Assembly (NCBI GenBank): GCA_016793095.1
Contig: JAEUJQ010000037.1
Coordinates: 76,244-140,243, forward strand
Source: Myxococcaceae bacterium
GTDB taxonomy: Bacteria; Myxococcota; Myxococcia; Myxococcales; Myxococcaceae
Length of the DNA: 64,000 bases
Reading direction: 5' to 3'
How positions within the stretch are numbered: position 1 is the first letter of the stretch; every line of letters starts with the position of its first letter. This document shows positions 55,852 to 64,000 of the stretch, in pieces. Position numbers and translations under genes: made by a program. Below the pieces are notes generated by a model that did no database searches, had not been told where the DNA came from, and saw nothing but the letters and a program-made list of their open reading frames with translations.

Positions 55852-56508
55852 ATGAAGACGGTGCTCTTCGGCGGCTCGGGGATGATTGGGCAAGGTGTGC
55901 TGCGGGAGCTGCTCGGCCGGCCCGAGGTGACGAAGGTGGTGTCGGTCGGCCGCACGCCAGTGCCGCAGAAGGACCCGAAGCTCGAAGAGGTGCTGTTGAA
56001 GGACCTCACCGACTACGCGTCCTGCGGCGCGGCGTTCGAGCGCGTCGACGCGGTGCTCTTCTGTCTCGGCGTCAGCGCCGGGGGCATGTCGGAGGCCGAC
56101 TACCGGCGCATCACGCTCGACGTCACCCTCGCGGCGGCGAAGGCGGTGCACGCGAAGAGCCCGGGCGCGACGTTCTGCTTCATCTCTGGCGCCGGCACGG
56201 ACGCGAAGAGCCGCACGATGTGGGCGAGGGTGAAGGGCGAGGCCGAGAACGCGCTCCAGCAGGTCGGCTTCAAGGCGGTGTACTGCTTCCGCCCGGCGAT
56301 GATCGAACCGATGGACGGCATCACCTCGAAGACGCCGTCCTACCGGTGGCTGTACGCGGTGATGACGCCGCTCTTCCCGCTCCTGCGCGGCCTGACGAAG
56401 TACGTCACCACGACGCGCCAGCTCGGGTTCACGATGGTCGAGGTGGCGACGAAGGGCTTCCCGAGACACATCCTCGAGAACGCGGACATCAACGCCCTTC
56501 GTCGGTGA
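55852..56508 (+). CDS. NAD(P)-binding Rossmann-fold protein (atypical SDR / NmrA-like)
   Basis: N-terminal VLFGGSGMIGQG, about 218 aa. Confidence 0.75.
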   Translation: MKTVLFGGSGMIGQGVLRELLGRPEVTKVVSVGRTPVPQKDPKLEEVLLKDLTDYASCGAAFERVDAVLFCLGVSAGGMSEADYRRITLDVTLAAAKAVHAKSPGATFCFISGAGTDAKSRTMWARVKGEAENALQQVGFKAVYCFRPAMIEPMDGITSKTPSYRWLYAVMTPLFPLLRGLTKYVTTTRQLGFTMVEVATKGFPRHILENADINALRR

Positions 56509-56694
56509 GCTCTCGGCGAGCGGGGCGGATCTCGTTGCAGCGCGACGCCCGGAAGGAACCCCCCGGGTCAGCTGCCGACACCCCAACGCCGGTTCGCAGA
56601 ACGCGTGGGTCTGCGAGGGCCCTTCGTGAAGGGCGGCGGCCAGGTCGCGGTCCTGATCGACGTGAAGAGGCTGCGCGAGGCGCTCGCCGGCTCG

Positions 56695-57144
56695 TCAGTC
56701 GCCCTCCACCGGCCACGGGAAGCGGACCGGCGGCACCCGCACCGTTGCCTGCGGGTCTGGCTCGTCCCAGCCGCGGCCGGTCTTGCCGAAGGCGTCGAGC
56801 GCTCCCTGGAGCCGCCGGGCCAGCTCGTCGCGCGCGCCCTGCACGTCGATCACCAGCGACTGCGAGATGATGAGCCCGAGCGGCTCACTCGCGCCGCTGG
56901 TGAAGACGACGCCGTCGTCACCGCTCGTCAGGACCCACGCGTCCCACTCGGGGGGCTGACCGTCTTCACCCACCGCGAGGTGGCACCAGCCGGCACGCTC
57001 GCGCTCGCACCAGGCGACGACCGAGGCGAGGTCACGCGCCCCGAGAATGGCCCGCCCCGCCCGCTGCAGCTGGGCGCGCCCGAGAGGCGGGAGCTGGTTC
57101 ACGTCACGCCGCGACTGCACCTTCCGCTGGAGGAACGCCCGCAT
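56695..57144 (-). CDS. Hypothetical protein
   Basis: More protein-like than the overlapping plus ORF. The start is uncertain (ATG 57144 or GTG 57180). Confidence 0.35.
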   Translation of the reverse strand: MRAFLQRKVQSRRDVNQLPPLGRAQLQRAGRAILGARDLASVVAWCERERAGWCHLAVGEDGQPPEWDAWVLTSGDDGVVFTSGASEPLGLIISQSLVIDVQGARDELARRLQGALDAFGKTGRGWDEPDPQATVRVPPVRFPWPVEGD

Positions 57145-57254
57145 GCCGACGTGATGTGCGGACCGGTGGATCTGGATCACGCAGGCCCGGAATCCGCGCG
57201 CACCGTCGGCGGCGCGTGGGCTACAGTGCGACCGTCTTCCACGCCGGAGCGCCC

Positions 57255-57926
57255 ATGCCCTCGATTCGTTACGGGAAGTTCGTGGCCGAGAACGTGCTGC
57301 ACGCCAACGGCCTGCACCGCAAGGTGTCGGTGCAGGAGCTGGTGAAGGAGGCGAAGAAGTTCGACACGAAGAACCGCGGCTACCTGAGCCAGGACGAGTT
57401 CCAGAAGGCCGCCGACGCCCTCAAGGCGCGCCTCGGAGACCGGCCGGTGAGCGGCCGTGACGGTGGCTTCCGCTACGCGCCGGGGCAGATGCGCGAGGTG
57501 CACCAGGAGTACCTGCGCGGCAATCCGAACAAGCGCTTCAGCGAGGCCCAGCTCGTCAACGCGGCGAAGGTGCACGACGACGGTGACAAGTACCTGTCGC
57601 GGGCCGAGCTCGAGGCTGGCGCCATCGACCTGCAGCGCGGCGTGGACGCCGGCACCCTGTCGAACAAGCTGCAGTCGCTGTGGGACCGCGGGCGCTTCCC
57701 CGCGAAGCTGTCACGCGAGCCCTCCACTGCGGGGCTGCGCAGCTTCGACGCCGGGCTCACTGCGCGCTCGATGAATGACGACGTCGAGTCGAAGGCCTTC
57801 GTCGACGAGGCGAAGGGCCGCGTGCTGGTGAAGGTGACCGTCACCGAACGCCTGCCGTGGGAAGGCGCGACCTCGACGAGCACCACCTGGCACGCGGTGC
57901 CGCTGCAAGAGCTGCGCGACCGATGA
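57255..57926 (+). CDS. Hypothetical protein with degenerate EF-hand-like loops
   Basis: GGAG RBS. DTKNRGYLSQDEF and DDGDKYLSRAEL motifs. Its stop overlaps the next start (ATGA). Confidence 0.55.
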   Translation: MPSIRYGKFVAENVLHANGLHRKVSVQELVKEAKKFDTKNRGYLSQDEFQKAADALKARLGDRPVSGRDGGFRYAPGQMREVHQEYLRGNPNKRFSEAQLVNAAKVHDDGDKYLSRAELEAGAIDLQRGVDAGTLSNKLQSLWDRGRFPAKLSREPSTAGLRSFDAGLTARSMNDDVESKAFVDEAKGRVLVKVTVTERLPWEGATSTSTTWHAVPLQELRDR

Positions 57927-58588
57927 ACGCCCGGGCCCTGCTCCTCGCCGCCGTCGCCTCGTCAGGGTGGGCCGAAGAGCGCCCGCCTTCGCGAGACCGC
58001 GCGCCGGCCGCGTTCTTCGCCGAGCCCCAGGGTGGTTCGACCACGCCCGGAGCCCGCTTCATCGCCTCGCTGCCCGAAGACGCACGGCGGGCGCTGGCGA
58101 AGGACCTGCAGGTGGTGCTCGACCAGTCGTCGAAGGACGGCGGGCCCGCGCTCATCCGCGCGGTGGCGAAGTTCGGCCGGCCGAAGGCCGAGGTCTGGGA
58201 GCTCATCACCCGCACCTCGGACCAACACACCTTCCTGCCCCACGTCACCCAGTCCCGGCGCGTCGGCGAGCGCACCGCCGAGGGCGAGGTGAACGACTAC
58301 GTCGTCGCGTTCTTCTTCACCTTCAAGTACCGCACGCAGCACTGGTTCTACCCCGACCAGTCGCGCCTCGAGTGGAACCTGGACCCGTCGGGCGAAGACG
58401 GCCTCGTCGAGCAGCTCGGCTTCTGGCAGCTCTACGAGCTCGACGAGAAGACGACGGTGGGCGAGTACGGCACCCGCATCGTCGTGCGCGGCTCGTTCAT
58501 CAACTTCCTGCGCAGCCTCGGCGAGCGCGGCGGCGTGAAGGACGCGCTGACGGCCTTCCGCAGGCACGTGAACGCCGCGAAGCTGTGA
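57923..58588 (+). CDS. Secreted protein, SRPBCC (Bet v1/polyketide-cyclase-like) fold suspected
   Basis: Signal peptide MNARALLLAAVASSGWA. Beta-rich FFFTFKYRTQHWFYPDQSRLEWNLD. Confidence 0.55.
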   Translation: MNARALLLAAVASSGWAEERPPSRDRAPAAFFAEPQGGSTTPGARFIASLPEDARRALAKDLQVVLDQSSKDGGPALIRAVAKFGRPKAEVWELITRTSDQHTFLPHVTQSRRVGERTAEGEVNDYVVAFFFTFKYRTQHWFYPDQSRLEWNLDPSGEDGLVEQLGFWQLYELDEKTTVGEYGTRIVVRGSFINFLRSLGERGGVKDALTAFRRHVNAAKL

Positions 58589-58701
58589 GCAAGCGCCCAC
58601 GGGAGGCGGAGAGCGACATGCAGGACATCGTGATGCGCTTCGAAGCGAAGTACGGCCCGGCACGGTAGGCCGCGAGCAGCGACTGGGGCGAGTGGCGCGA
58701 G

Positions 58702-59199
58702 GTGTGGGCACAGGGAGACCCCGCCTTCGACCTGCTGAACACCGATGAAGCGAACGAGACGGGTGGCGTCAGCCCGGCTCTCCTCGCAGCGCACGGCTGG
58801 CCGCTGACCGGGGGCACAGCGCTGCTCGACGAGGTACCGGTGCTGGACCTCGTGGCTCGCCTCGAAGGCGGCGAAGCGCTGCTCAGCGACGGGTACTTCC
58901 CTGACAACCTGCCCTCGCTGCTGGCCGCGCTCCCTTCGTCGGCCCACCTCGTCGGAGCAACGCTCGAGGTCTCGTGGGCAGCGGGACCCGACTGGCTCCA
59001 CGCCGAAGTTCACACCACTCCGGCCGAAGACGGCCCATCAGTCAGCTTCTCCGTCTTCATCAGGCACCTCGACGGTCAGACCGCAGCGGGCATCTTCGGG
59101 CACGCCAGACGAGACGAGCTGGCAGCGCTGTCTGGCCTGCCGCTCGACGACCTGAACGAGGCGCCCCGAGAGGTCCGGCAGGTGTTTCGGCCCTGGTAG
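58702..59199 (+). CDS. Hypothetical protein (165 aa, GTG start)
   Basis: The open frame begins after an in-frame TAG at 58666. Moderate coding character. Confidence 0.35.
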   Translation: MWAQGDPAFDLLNTDEANETGGVSPALLAAHGWPLTGGTALLDEVPVLDLVARLEGGEALLSDGYFPDNLPSLLAALPSSAHLVGATLEVSWAAGPDWLHAEVHTTPAEDGPSVSFSVFIRHLDGQTAAGIFGHARRDELAALSGLPLDDLNEAPREVRQVFRPW

Positions 59200-59718
59200 C
59201 AGGCGCCCGTCACTGGGCGCCCACCACCTTCTCGGCACCTTCTCAGGCCACGCCCGCACCGCGAGCGCCTCCTCCTGCTTCCCGGGAGAAGCACGGACGG
59301 TGAGCTGGGCATCCTCGAGGGGCACCACCGCCCCGACGTCGCGCTGACGCAAGGAGACTCCCACCCTGAGAGGTGGAGAAACCCCGCGGGCTCGAGCGCC
59401 TGTCGCCACGCGGCCTCGAGCACCGGGGACTCCGTCCCACCAGGATGTGACGACGGTCGCTGGGAGGCGGCCGCCGGCTTCTGGTCGATTGCGTCGGCCT
59501 CACTGGCGCGCCCGGAGCCTTCCCAGCAGGTCGAGCACGCTCGCGTACCGCCCCTCGACGCCCACGTACCGCTCGAGCACGTGGAAGAGGAAGTCGTACG
59601 CGCGCCGACGACCAGCTGCACGCCACGACGAGCCCCGCGCGCACGAGCCGCTCGTCCTCCACGACGAGCGGGCCCACGAGGAGGGCGAAGCGGCCGCTCG
59701 GGGGCCACACCACGCGCT

Positions 59719-59819
59719 TCAGGTCGTCGGTGAAAGTGCCGCGCTCACGAGCACGATGACGAAGACGAGGACTCCCCTGGCGACGATCCACCAGGTGTCG
59801 GTGAGGTCGCCCCCGACGC

Positions 59820-59823
<4 letters not shown>
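59719..59823 (-). CDS. Candidate 34-aa single-TM micropeptide
   Basis: GTG overlaps the M28 peptidase TGA (GTGA). VSVGGDLTDTWWIVARGVLVFVIVLVSAALSPTT. Confidence 0.25.
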
Positions 59824-62606
<2,783 letters not shown>

Positions 62607-62629
62607 CACGTCGCTCCTCTTCGCTCGGG

Positions 62630-63256
62630 TCAGGGGGCCGGCAGCTTCGCCCAGCGCATCTGGATGACGGCGGGCGTGCCGGCCTTGTCGTAGAAGCTCT
62701 CGAGGGCGACCTTGAAGTACTGCTGCTCGTCGCTCCTCACCACGTAGACGATGGGGCGCCCGAAGAGCGCATGAATCGTCGGGTCGTACCGGTACCAGGT
62801 CTCGGCGTTCTCGAAGACGGTGTCGGGCTCGGTGTTGGCGTCGTCGCCGTCGGGCTGGTCGTACAGGTAGCCGGCGTCGGGCGCGCGGGTGACGTCGGCG
62901 AAGCCCGCGTCGACGAGGGGAATGGCCGCCACCCCGCCGTCGCCGTTCACCCCACCGCGCAGCCGCACGCGCTGGCGGCGGAACGCGATGTCCCACTTCG
63001 CGTCGACGAAGGGCGCCTCTTCGCCGGTGTCGAAGTCGAAGGCGACGAAGACCTGGTCGCTGAGGGCCTGCACGATGGTGAGGTTGCCGCCGTCGACCGC
63101 GGTGGTGGCGAACTTCGGCTTCGGCGGCGCGCCGCCGTCCACCTGCACGCCCGCGTCCACGGCCACCTGCTCGTCGGGGCCCGGCGTCAGCTCGAGCGTC
63201 TCGCAGGCCGTCACCGTCACCACCGTCAGCACCGGGAGCAGGAAGAGAGGCTTCAT
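62630..63256 (-). CDS. Lipoprotein (208 aa), possible receptor-associated binding protein
   Basis: MKPLFLLPVLTVVTVTAC lipobox. 4 nt after the TonB-dependent receptor stop. Confidence 0.7.
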   Translation of the reverse strand: MKPLFLLPVLTVVTVTACETLELTPGPDEQVAVDAGVQVDGGAPPKPKFATTAVDGGNLTIVQALSDQVFVAFDFDTGEEAPFVDAKWDIAFRRQRVRLRGGVNGDGGVAAIPLVDAGFADVTRAPDAGYLYDQPDGDDANTEPDTVFENAETWYRYDPTIHALFGRPIVYVVRSDEQQYFKVALESFYDKAGTPAVIQMRWAKLPAP

Positions 63257-63260
63257 CGCG

Positions 63261-64000
63261 TCACCACGTGAACGAGAGGCCGCCGTACACCTGGCGGGGC
63301 GTGAGGAGCAGGTCGCTGGCGTTGCCCGCGCCCGCGAGGTTGTTGGCCACCAGGAACAGCTCGAGCCGCTCGAAGAACGTCTTCGACACGCGGGCGTCCA
63401 CCAGCACGAAGGGCGCGGTGTAGCGCGTCATCGCCTCGCCGTCGGACAGCGGCCGCCCCGAGGTGACGGACGCGCGCACGAAGCCGTTGACGCCGATGGA
63501 GCGGAACCGCAGGCGCAGCTGCGACACCGCGCGGAGCAGCGCCTGGTTGTCGAGCGGCTGGTCGAGCGAGAGGTTGCGCGCGTCGGTCACCGTCGCGCCC
63601 ACGCCCCAGCTCAGCCACGTTGCAGGGCTCACCGTCGCCGACAGCTCGCCGCCTCGCGTGCGGGCCCGCTCGATGTTCGCGTAGGTGAAGGTGAGGCCCA
63701 TGTCGCTCGTGCTGCTGTCGTAGGCGATCATGTTCGACAGCTCGTTCCAGAAGAGGCTGCCGGCGAACGCGAGGCGCGGGTGCGGCTGCCAGTCGGCCGA
63801 GAAGGTGAGGCCCACGCTGCGCTCGGGGCCCAGCAGCGGGTTGCCGTTGATGACGTAGCCGGCGCCGGTGTTCTCGAAGTCGAGGTACAGCTCCTGGAAG
63901 CTGGGCGCGCGGAAGCCGGTGCCCACGGCGGCGCGGAGCGCGACGGTCGAGTGCGGGTCGAAGCGGGCGGCGAGCCGCGGCGTCACCACCGGGCCGAACA
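63261..64000 (-). CDS. TonB-dependent outer-membrane receptor, C-terminal barrel portion; 5' end lies outside the window
   Basis: Beta-barrel strand pattern ending in the terminal aromatic ...GGLSFTW. The frame is open to the window edge. Confidence 0.8.
   Translation of the reverse strand, partial: FGPVVTPRLAARFDPHSTVALRAAVGTGFRAPSFQELYLDFENTGAGYVINGNPLLGPERSVGLTFSADWQPHPRLAFAGSLFWNELSNMIAYDSSTSDMGLTFTYANIERARTRGGELSATVSPATWLSWGVGATVTDARNLSLDQPLDNQALLRAVSQLRLRFRSIGVNGFVRASVTSGRPLSDGEAMTRYTAPFVLVDARVSKTFFERLELFLVANNLAGAGNASDLLLTPRQVYGGLSFTW

Noticed and set aside
57255-57926. EF-hand calcium-binding annotation for the 223-aa protein
   Set aside because: The loops have Gly6, hydrophobic position 8 and Glu12 but lack Asp/Asn at positions 3 and 5. 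This is only a degenerate resemblance, so I kept it as a hint rather than a call.
62630-63256. HmuY-like haem-binding lipoprotein assignment for the gene downstream of the TonB-dependent receptor
   Set aside because: I could not recognise a diagnostic motif by eye. The position after a TBDR is suggestive but insufficient.

Overview
This 64 kb window is very GC-rich (about 70 %) and reads as a gene-dense stretch of a myxobacterial chromosome; the order assignment is inferred from sequence features alone. Supporting features are a MYXO-CTERM sorting tail, a TIGR02265-like protein, a TIGR02996 repeat-companion domain, MJ0042-type zinc ribbons, a PEGA Ser/Thr kinase and a textbook sigma-54 promoter. 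I call about 50 protein-coding genes and found no rRNA, tRNA, CRISPR array or transposase/integrase. Housekeeping anchors are ileS (type-2 IleRS), pepN and ppdK. The rest is dominated by secreted or lipoprotein hydrolases: a metzincin, an S8 subtilase, two EEP-family enzymes, a PLD-like enzyme with a CBM20 domain and a TolB-propeller/M28/PDZ peptidase. The loci I think most deserve follow-up are (i) a radical-SAM/SPASM-like gene translationally coupled to two unknown small proteins behind a low-GC island, (ii) a tightly packed lipid-related operon (acyl-CoA ligase, fused MFS/spermidine-synthase-like, PLD-CBM20, EEP lipoprotein) followed by a degenerate duplicated fragment of one of its own genes, and (iii) a CPBP-like / DUF1697 / fatty-acid-desaturase / PqqC-like operon whose last gene is frameshifted and preceded by 53-bp tandem repeats. 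Many long six-frame ORFs are antisense or alternate-frame artefacts of the high GC content and were rejected.
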